Assembly (NCBI GenBank): GCA_963751455.1
Contig: CAVVUN010000002.1
Location: 96,001 to 160,000 of the forward strand
Origin: Nitrospirota bacterium
Lineage (GTDB): Bacteria; Nitrospirota; UBA9217
Length of the DNA stretch: 64,000 nt
Reading direction: 5' to 3'
Both the position numbers and the translations under genes were made by a program. This document shows positions 38,701 through 52,050 of this stretch, one piece after another. Each line of letters begins with the position of its first letter. The stretch's first letter is position 1. The notes under the pieces were generated by a model. The model was not told the origin of the DNA, did no database searches, and worked only from the letters and a program-made list of their open reading frames with translations.

Positions 38701-40191
38701 TTACAGGGTACGAGTGTATGGGGGACCGATTGGCCAGGGAAGTCCGGCTGCATCGACATCCTGTCCATTTATCCTGACAACAATGCCCAGTTCCGCAGGT
38801 GTCCCTGTTTGCTTAAAGAAGTTCGTAATCCAACTCGCGAGTGTCGCAGGATTGATCAGGGATTTTATGATCGGCCCGGAGAGCCTTAGCGCCTTGACGG
38901 CGTGCAGCGTGTCGGAAGCGATTTCTTTTACCCCACGCACGGAAAGGATATGGCTTCGCAGGAATCTTCCGGTCTCGATGATCCCATGGGTTGAAAGGAA
39001 ATGAGCGCTTCCGCACGCGGCGTCAACGGTTCTTCCGAAGAGCACCCTGGACCTTCCGAAATATGATGGCCATCTCGATAGATAGTGCGCGTTTCTGCCG
39101 TATACGCTTTCCCCAAGCGGGCCGAGGTATTCCCGGGCCAGCTGTTTGGCTTCGAAAGAGCTTCCCCGCTTCAGAATGTTTTTGACTGCCCGTGCAAAAA
39201 AGAGTCCTGTTGCAGATGCTGGACCTGTAAAGTTCGGGAACGGGATATCCACGCCGAGCCCCGTCGATGCGCCGCCGACCGCGAGCCCGTCTTCGACAAG
39301 CACCGGCCGCTCGCGCCAGCCACCGCTCCTGATGATCTTTGTGCCGTAGGCCGAGAGGACCGCGCCCTCTGTCGCTTCCCTGATATAAGAAAGCTGCAGC
39401 ATCCATTCGAACAGGCTGTCGTGGCTGCCGCGATAATTATTCCTGATGTTCTCAAGGGGCGCGACGTAGCCCACGGAGAGGCTGTTGCTGTTGGTATAGA
39501 GAAATCCTCCGACATTCAGATGAGCGGTCCTGCCACCGATAGACGGGTTTCTCATGAGAAGTTCATAGGCCGCGCCCTCTCCGCGCTTCAGCCTGAACCG
39601 CTTTTCAATCTCTTCGGGTTTCAGCGAAAGCACGGCTTTCACACCCTGAAGGTAATGGGGCTCCGCGGTCTGCTCCAGCTTTTCGGACCGAACAAGGTGA
39701 GATGCATCGCCTTCTGCGATGAAGGTAACGTCGGAAAAAAGCGGTCCGCAACTTGTTTCCACGCCGGTGACCCTGCCCTCTTTTCTGATAAGCGCGGTGA
39801 CCGTTGTATCCGTAATGTGAACCGCGCCCTTTATGCGCGCGAGATGCGCAAAGTAAGGATCGTATATCGGCCTGAGCACTGTGTAGCAGTTTTTAAAGAG
39901 ACGAGCGTCGGTTACATCGACGCCGAGCAGGTCCAGCCCGTTATGCATGAGGGTTCCCCGCCTGACTACCCTGCTCTCAAACGGGGCCGCTTCCACGCTT
40001 TCCGGTCCGAAGCAATCGGGCTGCGCCAGATTCTCCGTGAAGTAAACACAGCCAGACCAGTTCTCGGCGCCCGCGTATACGCCCGCTTCAAGAAGAGCAA
40101 CCGAAATGCCGTTGCCCGCAAGCGCTCCGGCTGCTGCCACCCCTGCAGGTCCTGCACCGATTATTATGACATCGAATTTATAGTGCTTCAT
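38701..40191 (-). CDS. FixC/ETF-quinone oxidoreductase-like flavoprotein, probably C-terminally truncated
   Basis: GAGPAG, GAENWSG, APFES..RR and GGFLYTN..SLSVG motifs. Confidence 0.7.
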   Translation of the reverse strand: MKHYKFDVIIIGAGPAGVAAAGALAGNGISVALLEAGVYAGAENWSGCVYFTENLAQPDCFGPESVEAAPFESRVVRRGTLMHNGLDLLGVDVTDARLFKNCYTVLRPIYDPYFAHLARIKGAVHITDTTVTALIRKEGRVTGVETSCGPLFSDVTFIAEGDASHLVRSEKLEQTAEPHYLQGVKAVLSLKPEEIEKRFRLKRGEGAAYELLMRNPSIGGRTAHLNVGGFLYTNSNSLSVGYVAPLENIRNNYRGSHDSLFEWMLQLSYIREATEGAVLSAYGTKIIRSGGWRERPVLVEDGLAVGGASTGLGVDIPFPNFTGPASATGLFFARAVKNILKRGSSFEAKQLAREYLGPLGESVYGRNAHYLSRWPSYFGRSRVLFGRTVDAACGSAHFLSTHGIIETGRFLRSHILSVRGVKEIASDTLHAVKALRLSGPIIKSLINPATLASWITNFFKQTGTPAELGIVVRINGQDVDAAGLPWPIGPPYTRTL

Positions 40192-40511
40192 CAATGCTCC
40201 TTTTATGAACACAGCTTCACATCGATGATCTTTATGCGAGAAACGGCCGGAAAAAGCCTAGCCAAATTATATCAGATATGTTTCGGACCGAGCTGTTTTT
40301 CCCTGGATCGGGGTGAACAACGGGAAAAGGAGACTAAACGGAAGAGTATCGATTGGAGTCAATAAAAGTATTTGCCCTAAAACTGTAAAGGCAATTGATT
40401 TAAGAACCCGAATTGAAGGGGCTGCTTCATGATTTTCTTTGACAATGCTGCTCAGAAACTTTAAGATTTCCATGACGTGCTGACAATGCCCGCTTTTCCA
40501 GAAGGAATTCA

Positions 40512-41093
40512 ATGGAAGCATATCGTTATCAGCAGTTCGGGTATCTCATCATACCGGTTATAACAGGGATCGAGTTTTTTCGCTGCGCCCGATCAGACCG
40601 GAAAAAGACCGGGAACGAATCCGTATGGAGCGTTGTCATGGACCTGTGCGGTTACATCTTCCTGGGTCTCATTCCCGCCCTCTTTCTCTTTACCATCCTG
40701 AGCCTTGAATATCGGAGCTTCCCCCTTATCATGGAGCTGCTGCATCGTCTTGATCGCTATGGCGTCATGTTCTTTTTTCTCGGCTCCTGGTGGCAGGTCT
40801 TTCTTATAACCGCGCTGCGGGCGAGGCGGATGGCGGATGCAGGCGTAAAAGCAACGCTTCTTCCCGTGTGGGCTCCGTACCTGGTGCTCGGTATGTATAT
40901 TTCCGGGCTCATTCTCTGGGTAGCGCCTTTTAATCTCATGTGGGTCTCGGTTTTCTGGTTTCTTGCCACCTTCGCTTTATTTGCCGGTCTCGGACTTTCA
41001 GCCGGAAGAATATTCAAGATATTTCTCGTATTCGCCTTGGTCGTTCTGGCCGGGGAGAACATTTTTTTCATAATTCTTGACGCGATTGTTTAG
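40512..41093 (+). CDS. Hypothetical polytopic membrane protein
   Basis: About six hydrophobic segments; AAGGA RBS. Confidence 0.6.
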   Translation: MEAYRYQQFGYLIIPVITGIEFFRCARSDRKKTGNESVWSVVMDLCGYIFLGLIPALFLFTILSLEYRSFPLIMELLHRLDRYGVMFFFLGSWWQVFLITALRARRMADAGVKATLLPVWAPYLVLGMYISGLILWVAPFNLMWVSVFWFLATFALFAGLGLSAGRIFKIFLVFALVVLAGENIFFIILDAIV

Positions 41094-41116
41094 CAGGCTG
41101 TTGAAAAACGATTTTT

Positions 41117-41192
41117 CGCAGGCTAAAGCCTGCGGCTACCAAAACGTATCACATTGATAATCAACCAAGGTAGCCGCACCCTTTAGGGTGCG
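41117..41192. repeat. GTAG-type REP doublet; related doublet at 60461-60522
   Basis: CGCAGGCTAAAGCCTGCGGCTAC ... GTAGCCGCACCCTTTAGGGTGCG. Confidence 0.7.
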
Positions 41193-41267
41193 TTTATGCT
41201 GCGAGAGGGATTAGCTGTGCGTGGAATTATACTCAGGTAAATTGGACCAGGTAAGCCGGGGAAAAAG

Positions 41268-41299
41268 AAAAGCCGCGCTCAAATGAGCACGGCTGTTTA
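41268..41299 (-). terminator. Rho-independent terminator after rpsU
   Basis: AGCCG(C)GCTCA-AA-TGAGCACGGCT hairpin with a U-rich tract on the minus strand. Confidence 0.6.
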
Positions 41300-41321
41300 G
41301 CAAACGGGAAAAACGCTTCTG

Positions 41322-41519
41322 TTATCTGGCCTGCCTGCTGTTGCGCAGGCTTTTCAGTTTTCGTTTCTTCGCTTCTATCCGCTTCCGTTTCTTCTTTATC
41401 GAAGGCTTTTCATAAAAACGGCGGTTCTTCAGTTCCCTGAACAGACCGTCCGTCTGCATTTTTCGCTTGAGGAGTCGTAAAGCTTTTTCAATATTGTTGT
41501 CGTCTACTCTTATCTCCAA
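41322..41519 (-). CDS. rpsU: 30S ribosomal protein S21
   Basis: IEKALRLLKRK..RRFYEKPS. Confidence 0.92.
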   Translation of the reverse strand: MEIRVDDNNIEKALRLLKRKMQTDGLFRELKNRRFYEKPSIKKKRKRIEAKKRKLKSLRNSRQAR

Positions 41520-41866
41520 TTATTCCGACCTTTTCCGGCGCCGCGATCAAACCCCCGCTGGCCGCCCCTGCCGCCGCCTCCACCACCGCCGCCGGGTCTT
41601 CCGCCCCGTGCGCGTTCAGTCTGCGGCCGCGCCTCGCTTACATTTAATGCACGATCCATCACCGTAGTGCCGTTAAGATCCGCTATTGCCTTGTCGGCCT
41701 CTTCGTCCGATGCCATTTCAACAAAACCGAATCCTTTTGACCGCCCGGTAGCTGCGTCGGTTATAATTTTTGCTGACAGTACTTCTCCAATGGGTGAAAA
41801 TATTTCTTTGAGAGAATCTTCCGTCATCTGATACGACAAATTCCCTACATACAATTTCTTGGCCAT
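41510..41866 (-). CDS. RRM RNA-binding protein with Gly-rich tail
   Basis: KLYVGNL (RNP2) and KGFGFVEM (RNP1). Confidence 0.92.
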   Translation of the reverse strand: MAKKLYVGNLSYQMTEDSLKEIFSPIGEVLSAKIITDAATGRSKGFGFVEMASDEEADKAIADLNGTTVMDRALNVSEARPQTERARGGRPGGGGGGGGRGGQRGFDRGAGKGRNNWR

Positions 41867-42144
41867 TTTACTCCTCCTCGTGAGAATGCCCGATCTTTTT
41901 CAGAAATCACTTTAATAGGCGTTATGTGATTTTCTGCTGTATAAGTATGAAACTGCGTCGTTGTTGCTAAAAAAAATGGCTGCAAACTCTACTTTTGTAG
42001 TTTTTGCAGCCCGGCAATTAACAAAAACTCACGATCCACGCTCTGATTGTATGATTAAATAATACTCTGAATACGGCAAATGTCAACCTCTATTTCCCGT
42101 TTTTGGGTTCCTGTTTGACCTTGCAGCAAGAGAATCCTGGACAG

Positions 42145-43503
42145 TCAAGCCCTTGATTTCCGGAGTTTCACTGCAGCCTCTTCTCGTCTCCTTTTCGGGA
42201 AGATTCTTACCGGCGTTCCGCGAAACCCGAATGCTTCCCGCAGGTTATTCTCGATAAACCGCAGGTATGAAAAATGAACCCCATCCGGATAATTAACAAA
42301 AACTACGAATGTCGGCGGTTTTATCGCGACCTGCGTAATATAGAAATACTTGACCCGTCTGGAGCGGTATAGCGGCGGTTCATGGTGTGCGGCGAGTTTC
42401 TCAAAGACCCTGTTCAGTTCCGCCGTAGGCACCCGCTTTTCGCGCTCATTGATTACCAGGTCGATTTCCTCAAAGACCTTGGTAATGCGCTGACGGGTTT
42501 GGGCTGAAAGCGTTATTACCGCAGCGTAATCCGCAAACTTGAGCCTCTGCTGCACGTCCTTCATGAAGCGTTTATACGCCTCCTCTTTGTCCTGTATGAG
42601 GTCCCATTTGTTGAGGACGATTATTATTCCCTTGCCTTCCTCGTGAGCGAGCCCGACAATCCTCTCGTCCTGTTCGGTAATGCCCTCGGAAGCATCGATC
42701 AGGACAAGGGCCACATCGGCCCGGCCCAGGCTTTTCATGGCACGCATGACGCTGTACTTTTCGACACCCTGGCTGATTCGGCCCCGGCTTCTGATTCCGG
42801 CCGTATCCACGAGAATATACTTTTTGCCGTAGTATTGATACAGGCTGTCGACTGCGTCCCGTGTGGTGCCTGCAACCGGACTTACGATCATGCGCTCCTC
42901 TCCGACGAGCGCGTTTACGAACGAAGATTTCCCGACATTCGGACGTCCGATGATCGCTATTCTCGGTATTGCAACCTGCTCTCCTTCTTCCGCCGGCTCT
43001 GCAATAACCGGGAGCATGTCAGCGAGCTTATCCATGAGCTCCGAAAATCCCGCGCCATGCTGGGCGGACAGAGGAAAGAGCGCATCGGCGCCGAGACGAT
43101 AGAATTCCGGCACCATCTCTTCATGCTTCTCGGAATCCACTTTGTTGACCGCGTAAATGACCGGTTTCCCGGAGACGCGCAGGCGCTGCGAAACCTCGAT
43201 ATCGGCCGGCATGACTCCCTGTCTGCTGTCGAGCAGAAAAATGATGAAGTCTGCTTCTTCAACAGCCAGCGTTGCCTGTTCCCGGATCCTTGTGTACATC
43301 GGATCTTCGGTTTCAGGCTCGAACCCGCCGGTGTCCACGAGCAGAAAAGGTTTGCCTTCCCACTCCGCCTCGGCGTAGTTGCGGTCTCTCGTCACTCCCG
43401 GCATGTCCTCTACGATTGCGAGGTTCCTGCCGATTATGCGGTTGAACAGCGTGGACTTGCCGACATTCGGCCGGCCCACTATGGCGACGACTGGTTTATG
43501 CAT
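42145..43503 (-). CDS. der: Ribosome biogenesis GTPase Der/EngA
   Basis: Two GRPNVGKS G-domains with DTGG and DTAG; KH-like C-terminus. Confidence 0.95.
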   Translation of the reverse strand: MHKPVVAIVGRPNVGKSTLFNRIIGRNLAIVEDMPGVTRDRNYAEAEWEGKPFLLVDTGGFEPETEDPMYTRIREQATLAVEEADFIIFLLDSRQGVMPADIEVSQRLRVSGKPVIYAVNKVDSEKHEEMVPEFYRLGADALFPLSAQHGAGFSELMDKLADMLPVIAEPAEEGEQVAIPRIAIIGRPNVGKSSFVNALVGEERMIVSPVAGTTRDAVDSLYQYYGKKYILVDTAGIRSRGRISQGVEKYSVMRAMKSLGRADVALVLIDASEGITEQDERIVGLAHEEGKGIIIVLNKWDLIQDKEEAYKRFMKDVQQRLKFADYAAVITLSAQTRQRITKVFEEIDLVINEREKRVPTAELNRVFEKLAAHHEPPLYRSRRVKYFYITQVAIKPPTFVVFVNYPDGVHFSYLRFIENNLREAFGFRGTPVRIFPKRRREEAAVKLRKSRA

Positions 43504-43718
43504 GATTGATAACCGGGGGAGAGCGCAAAGCGTTAAGCGTTTTTTTGCTATGCGCCATGCCCTATACGCTATGCTTTCTTTGCGCGGAGCTGTCTTTGTG
43601 CAATGTGCCCTGTGCAAATGATACTATAACATTATTACGCTTGGCAGTTCAAGAAAAAACCTTGCGAAGGCCCGGTAATTATGTTATTTTTCATGTTCAA
43701 TACAATTACGGAGGCCGC

Positions 43719-44240
43719 ATGCGAAACCATCTCGTTCTTGCAGTGTGTTTCCTCTTGTTTTCCGCCGCTCCGTCACGGGCGGAATTCTACCGGTGGGTGG
43801 ACAAGGATGGGAAAGAGTTCTACACGAATGAGTTGAAGCAGGTGCCGCAGGAATACCGGGACCACGCCGCGGTCGTGAAGCCGGACTCAGAGCGTGTGAA
43901 CAGGGGCGGCAACGCTGTCGCTCCCGACGGACCGGGTGGACCGGTCAGGGAGCACAGGGACAAATACGGAAGAGGGGAAGAGTATTGGCGAAAACGGGCC
44001 CAGAACATTCGCCTGAAATTGCGCGACCAGCAGGATGAATATGATCTGGTAATAAAGCAGCTGGATCAGGACGAGAAGCCGAAAAAATCGGCGGGTAAAA
44101 AGAAAAAATCAGGTTCCAGCCTTGGAAACAAGAAAATAAAGCTGGAACAGGACATGGCGAAAATGAGACGTTTGCTCGAGGTGGATCTTCCCGAGGAGGC
44201 CCGCAGGGCGGACGCGTATCCGGGCTGGCTGCGGGAATGA
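43719..44240 (+). CDS. DUF4124-domain exported protein
   Basis: GGAGG RBS; signal peptide followed by FYRWVDKDG. Confidence 0.75.
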   Translation: MRNHLVLAVCFLLFSAAPSRAEFYRWVDKDGKEFYTNELKQVPQEYRDHAAVVKPDSERVNRGGNAVAPDGPGGPVREHRDKYGRGEEYWRKRAQNIRLKLRDQQDEYDLVIKQLDQDEKPKKSAGKKKKSGSSLGNKKIKLEQDMAKMRRLLEVDLPEEARRADAYPGWLRE

Positions 44241-44280
44241 TCGACACCTCCCGGCGTGAGCTTCATGGGGGCATCGGCGA

Positions 44281-44952
44281 ATGAAGGAAATAATTATTGC
44301 CCGGAGCATATTGCATTCAATAGGGGACGAAGGAACCCTCTTCAGCCGCGGAAACATCACGACCCATGCTGCCCGCAGCTCGGAGGAAATCCTGAACCTG
44401 CACGGCGTTCACAGGGCGGACCTTATCATCACCGACGTCGGGTTGCCGCTTATGGGAGCGTCAGCACTCTGCTCGGCAATACGTTCAAATCAGGATTTAA
44501 AAAACGTATCGATCATCGCTGTCTGCGAAGGGACACCGGAATCGATCGCCCAATGCCGGGATGTACGGGCCAATGCCGTTTTGCCCAAGCCGATAGACCG
44601 TGTTCAGTTTTTTTCAAAGATATCTGAACTGCTCGTGATACCTCAACGGAAAGACCTCAGGTCCCTTCTCCGCCTTTCAGTGCAGGGAAATCAAGGAGAA
44701 AACGGTTTTTTCGCAATGTCGCATAACATCAGCATTTCGGGCATGCTGATTGAGTCCGATCATGTGCTCAAGGAAGGTGATAAATTCTTCTGCACGTTCA
44801 ATATCTCCCACAGCGAGATCCGTACGGAGTGTATGATCATGCGCGCTCAGACGGTTTCCGGAAGACGTAAATACGGCGTGAAATTTCTGAATTCCGATAC
44901 GAAATCCCTTGTGATCATAGACCAGTTTGTAAAAAGCCAGACGAAGCAGTGA
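44281..44952 (+). CDS. Degenerate receiver domain plus PilZ domain protein
   Basis: DLIITD..LPKP; RKDLR and NISISG PilZ motifs. Confidence 0.8.
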   Translation: MKEIIIARSILHSIGDEGTLFSRGNITTHAARSSEEILNLHGVHRADLIITDVGLPLMGASALCSAIRSNQDLKNVSIIAVCEGTPESIAQCRDVRANAVLPKPIDRVQFFSKISELLVIPQRKDLRSLLRLSVQGNQGENGFFAMSHNISISGMLIESDHVLKEGDKFFCTFNISHSEIRTECMIMRAQTVSGRRKYGVKFLNSDTKSLVIIDQFVKSQTKQ

Positions 44953-45173
44953 CAGAGAATGCATTGCAAATCGGAAATTGTAAATATTAAAATGCAAATT
45001 TATGGAAGAAAAAGCCAACAAGTCAAAAATACTGAAAGAGCTAAGCCTTGAATGGGCACTCGATGAGACAACGCAGCTTTGTAATATTATCGGAAAATCA
45101 GTCGTGACAGCCAAGACACAGAAATAAATTTGCAATTTGACATTTGCAATTTGCAATTTCATCAGGAGGCCTT

Positions 45174-47648
<2,475 letters not shown>

Positions 47649-47649
47649 A

Positions 47650-48288
47650 ATGACTCGAGGGACGAGGGATGAAATTAAAGACGAGGGACGAAAAAGGATT
47701 ACGTCCATCGTCCGAGCGAACAAAGTGAGCGGTCGTCCATCGTCCCGCGGATTCAAAGGCGGTCGTCCATCGTACATTGTGGTCCTGCTCGCGTTTTTGA
47801 TCATGCTGACCGCCTCCTGCGCTTACCATTTTTCCGGCACCGGATCCCTTCTGCCGCCCGGAGCCGATAATATTTCCGTTCCCGTTTTCTTTAATGCAAC
47901 GAGTGAACCGTACGTGGATGTGGAAGTAACGCAGGCAGTGGTAGAGGAATTTCTTACCGACGGCAGGCTCAAGGTCATGGCCCTTGAAGAAGCCGACTTG
48001 GTTCTGCGGGGCACGATCATCAAGTATGAAGTGGTCCCGCTGTCCTACAATCCCCAATCCTTTGTTCAGCAGTATCGTGTCCGTCTGGTTGTGGAAGCCG
48101 CACTCCAGGACATACGATCAAAGAAAATCCTGTGGCAGGAAAAAGGCATCGAGTCGAATTTCATCGCGGATTATGCCGTTACCCTGGGCAATATCACGGC
48201 CACGAAGACGGCAAAGGAAGCGGCAATCAAAAAGGCGAGCCAGGATATTGCGTGGACGCTGCGAAGCAGGATTTTGGAAGGATTCTAA
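47650..48288 (+). CDS. lptE: LPS assembly lipoprotein LptE family (start uncertain)
   Basis: Lipobox LTASC followed by AYHF; conserved leuS-lptE-holA order. Confidence 0.75.
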   Translation: MTRGTRDEIKDEGRKRITSIVRANKVSGRPSSRGFKGGRPSYIVVLLAFLIMLTASCAYHFSGTGSLLPPGADNISVPVFFNATSEPYVDVEVTQAVVEEFLTDGRLKVMALEEADLVLRGTIIKYEVVPLSYNPQSFVQQYRVRLVVEAALQDIRSKKILWQEKGIESNFIADYAVTLGNITATKTAKEAAIKKASQDIAWTLRSRILEGF

Positions 48289-48402
48289 TGCCGTTCGATG
48301 CAGCATAGCGCATGGCGCAAAGCGCAGAGCGTAAACGATAAAGTCGCGAAACTGTTTGCTATGCTCTTATGCGCTCTGCCCTCTGCGGTTCTACTATAGC
48401 AA

Positions 48403-49403
48403 ATGCTCAAGTATTCCGAACTCATAGCCGGCCTGAAACAAGGCAGGATCCTCCCACTCTATCTTTTTTTCGGCGAAGAAGAATTTCTTATTCAGGAGGC
48501 GCTCGACCTCATCATCAAAAAGGTCGTAGATCCGGGAGCCAGCGACTTCAACTTCAATTCGATTTACTGCCGCGACACGCCCGCATCTGAAGTCGTCAAC
48601 CTGTGTCAGACGCTGCCGTTCATGTCTGAAAAGCGACTCGTTATCGCCAAAGATTTCGACGCGCTCAAGGCTGCCGATCTCGAAGCCGTTGTTGCCTATC
48701 TCAAGGAGCCTTCACCGAGCACATGCCTGGTAATGGTCGCTGCTATGGAAGATACGAAAAAAAGTCCATTATCTCGGCAGTGGATAAAAACGGCGCGGTG
48801 ACCAGATTTTATTCGCTCCTGGACCGTGAAATTACAGGATGGATCGAGGGACGAGCGAAGATCATGGGGTTGAGCATTCAGCGGGATGCAGCCCAATTTC
48901 TCTGGCAGACACTCGGCAATGACCTTCAAAAGATCGTGAACGAACTTGAAAAGGTCGCGATCTATAAAAAAGACAAGAAGAACGTCACCTTTGACGACGT
49001 GAAAGCGGTTGTCGGAAGCTTTCGGGAATACACCTCCTTTGATCTGGCCGATGCAGTCGGATCGAGGAACAAAGAAAAGGCGTTCCTTATTCTTACGCGC
49101 CTGGTCCAGGAAGGGGAGGCGCCCGTCGGCCTGCTCGGCTCAATTGCCTGGAATTTCCGGCGGCTTCTGCGCGCTAAATCGATGGAAGCGGCCGGCGTCG
49201 GGTTCGAGGAGATCAAGCGGAAACTGAACGTGATATTCCATCAATCAGCTTCATTTCAGGAACAGTTGCGGCGCTACACCATGAACGAATTACGGGAAGC
49301 ATTTGATGTCCTGCTTGCAGCGGACAAAACGCTCAAGTCCAGCGGTTTATCCGGAAGGCTTGTCCTGGAACGGATGATTATGAAGTTATGCGGCGTTGCC
49401 TGA
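48403..49403 (+). CDS. holA: DNA polymerase III delta subunit; apparent indel near 48745
   Basis: LYLFFGEE, TLPFMSEKRLV and GNDL..NELEK motifs; gene context. Confidence 0.88.
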
Positions 49404-49481
49404 AGGGTATTATTTCCCGCAAAGGCGCAAGAGAAGGCCTGAATCCTCGGGCATTCTTGTGCGGGCCTTGCGAGAAAAGGT

Positions 49482-49751
49482 TTACGCAGCGTTGATTTTG
49501 CTTACCTTGCTTGACAGCCGGGATATCTTGCGGGATGCCGTGCTTTTATGCACGACGCCCTGAGAGGCGGCCTTGTCATATGCCCTTGTTGCCTTGATCA
49601 ACGATTCCTTCGCAATATCGGTGTTCTTGGCTTCTACGGCCTGTTCCACCTTTTTTGCAAGCGTTTTGAGCGCGGATTTTACGGATTTATTGAGCTCGTG
49701 CTTTTTGTCGGCCTGTTTCTGCCTTTTGATTGCTGATTTGTGTGTTGCCAC
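49482..49751 (-). CDS. rpsT: 30S ribosomal protein S20
   Basis: HKSAIKR..GVVHKSTASRKISRL. Confidence 0.93.
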   Translation of the reverse strand: MATHKSAIKRQKQADKKHELNKSVKSALKTLAKKVEQAVEAKNTDIAKESLIKATRAYDKAASQGVVHKSTASRKISRLSSKVSKINAA

Positions 49752-49889
49752 TTCATGCCTCCTTAAGCGTTTAAAAACAGGTTATTCTTTTAACATAAAG
49801 ATGAGACAGGTGTCAAGTAAAAAAACCTTTTGTTACCGGGTGTTTTAAGATGATAGTACCGCTTATTTTACGAGAACAGGTGAATTTGA

Positions 49890-51458
49890 ATGTCTGAGAA
49901 TGTAAAAGTCGCGAAAGCTGCCGGGGTGGTCGGTTCAGCAACACTCGCCTCGCGCATCATGGGATATGTCCGCGATATGGTTATGTCCTGGGCGTTCGGC
50001 ACCGGCATAGCGGCGGACGCATTTTACGTGGCCTACAGGATCCCGAACCTTCTGAGGGAACTATTAGCCGAAGGGTCAATGTCGGCCGCGTTCATCCCGG
50101 TTTTTACCGAAACTCTTACCAGGGAGTCCAAGGAGAGCGCCCGACGCCTGGCCAATGCCGTCTTTGCCCGGTTGCTCGCGATCCTGGCGGTCCTGACCGT
50201 GCTCGGCATCGTCTTTGCGCCGTATGCGGTCAGGGCGATTGCGTGGGGCTTCAAGGCAGACCCCGAGAAGTATGCCACGACCGTTATGCTTACCAGGATC
50301 ATGTTTCCTTATCTCGTGTTTATCGGATTAGCCGCCCTTGCCATGGGCATGCTTAATTCCCTCCGGTCGTTTCTCGCGCCTGCTCTTTCGCCGGTTATGC
50401 TGAATATCATGACCATCTCATCGGTGGTGCTGAGTCTCTGGCTTCTGCCGAATCCCATTTACGGCGTTGCTGTCGGGGTGGTTATGGGCGGACTGTTCCA
50501 GTTCCTGATCCAGGTGCCGGGTCTCAAAAAGCAGGGGATGATGATGCGCCCCCGATTCCAGCCTACGCATCCGGGGGTGGCGAAGATCGGAAGGCTTTCC
50601 GTCCCGGTGATGCTGAGCTCCTCGGTTACCCAGGTCAACATTTTCATCAGCACGATCCTCGCATCGTTTCTTGCAACCGGCAGCATCGCGTACCTGTTCT
50701 ATGGAATGCGGTTCATCCACTTTCCGCTCGGCATCTTCGGGATCGCAATCGCAACGGCCATACTGCCCACAATGTCGGCCCAGGCCGCGCGAAAAGAGAC
50801 CGAGGCATTCCGGGAAACCCTTTCCATGGGGCTGCGGCTGGTGTTCTTTATCATGTTCCCCGCCATGGCCGGCCTGATTGCGCTTCGGGTGCCTATTGTC
50901 AATCTTTTGCTCGAACACGGCCAGTTCGACAGGGTGTCCACCATGGGGACTGCAACAGCCCTCCTGTATTATGCGATCGGGCTCTGGGCCTTCGCGGGCG
51001 TGCGTATCGTGGCGCAGGCTTTTTACTCCCTGCAAGATACAAAGACTCCTGTTAAAATCGCCGTCCTTGCCATGATTACGAATATTGTGCTCAGTATCGT
51101 ACTTATGGGTCCTCTGGCCCACGGTGGTCTGGCCCTTGCGACGTCTCTTGCGGCAATGCTGAACATCAGCCTGCTTACCATGCAACTCAGAAGGAAAATA
51201 GGCCGGATGGACGGCCGGAGAATCGCGGGATCGCTTCTGAAGATCATCCCGGCCTCGGTTGTGATGAGCGCAATCGGCTGGTGGACCAGCAAAAATCCCG
51301 TTTGGGGCCTGCCCGGGGATACCTTGTATAAATCAGGACTGCTGGTCGGCGGTATGGTCGGCAGCGTCGTTTTCTATGCGGTTATAATGCTGATACTCAA
51401 AAGCGAAGAGATGAAGTTTATATGGCAGATAGTGAAAAGAAAGAAAAGGAGCAAATAA
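49890..51458 (+). CDS. murJ: Lipid II flippase MurJ
   Basis: SRIMGYVRD and RIPNLLRELLAEGSMSAAFIP motifs. Confidence 0.95.
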   Translation: MSENVKVAKAAGVVGSATLASRIMGYVRDMVMSWAFGTGIAADAFYVAYRIPNLLRELLAEGSMSAAFIPVFTETLTRESKESARRLANAVFARLLAILAVLTVLGIVFAPYAVRAIAWGFKADPEKYATTVMLTRIMFPYLVFIGLAALAMGMLNSLRSFLAPALSPVMLNIMTISSVVLSLWLLPNPIYGVAVGVVMGGLFQFLIQVPGLKKQGMMMRPRFQPTHPGVAKIGRLSVPVMLSSSVTQVNIFISTILASFLATGSIAYLFYGMRFIHFPLGIFGIAIATAILPTMSAQAARKETEAFRETLSMGLRLVFFIMFPAMAGLIALRVPIVNLLLEHGQFDRVSTMGTATALLYYAIGLWAFAGVRIVAQAFYSLQDTKTPVKIAVLAMITNIVLSIVLMGPLAHGGLALATSLAAMLNISLLTMQLRRKIGRMDGRRIAGSLLKIIPASVVMSAIGWWTSKNPVWGLPGDTLYKSGLLVGGMVGSVVFYAVIMLILKSEEMKFIWQIVKRKKRSK

Positions 51459-52024
51459 TGATTTCGGATTGTAACATAAGTAAAACTGTTTTTCATACCA
51501 GTTTAGGGTGGGCCGGACTGGCTGTTTCCGAACAGGGAATAACCCGGGTCGTTCTGCCAAAGAAGAACAGGAGCACAGTCGAGCGGGAGCTGGCAGAGGT
51601 GAGTCATAAACAGAGAAAGTCGAATCTCCCTCAGTCCCCCTTAGTCAAAGGAGGAACCAGGCGATCTGATACGTTTACGGCAGCAGTTGAAGTTCTCCAA
51701 AAATACTTCTCCGGTAAAACCGTTGTGTCTGACGTACCTCTCGATTTACGCTATTATACGGCCTTTCAGCAGGCGGTCTGGCGGGCGGCAATCGATATCC
51801 CGTACGGCGAGACCAGGTCGTACGGCTGGATTGCGAAGAGAATAAAAAAGCCGGACGCAGCGCGGGCCGTCGGGCAGGCGATGGGCGCGAACCCCATACC
51901 GGTCATTATCCCTTGACACCGGGTTATCAACTCAGCAGGTACGCTGGGCGGGTTCTCGGGCGGGCTCGGAATGAAGAAAAAGCTGTTGGAATTAGAAAGA
52001 AAATTATATTTGGACGCAGATTAA
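51458..52024 (+). CDS. ogt: Methylated-DNA-protein methyltransferase with Sec at the active site (UGA at 51914-51916)
   Basis: IPYGETRSY, ARAVGQA, NPIPVIIP-U-HRV, LGGFSGG and KKKLLELE motifs; hairpin CTCAGC-AGGTAC-GCTGGG at 51931-51948. Confidence 0.88.
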
Positions 52025-52050
52025 CGCGGAAAATGCGGATCAGACTCACG

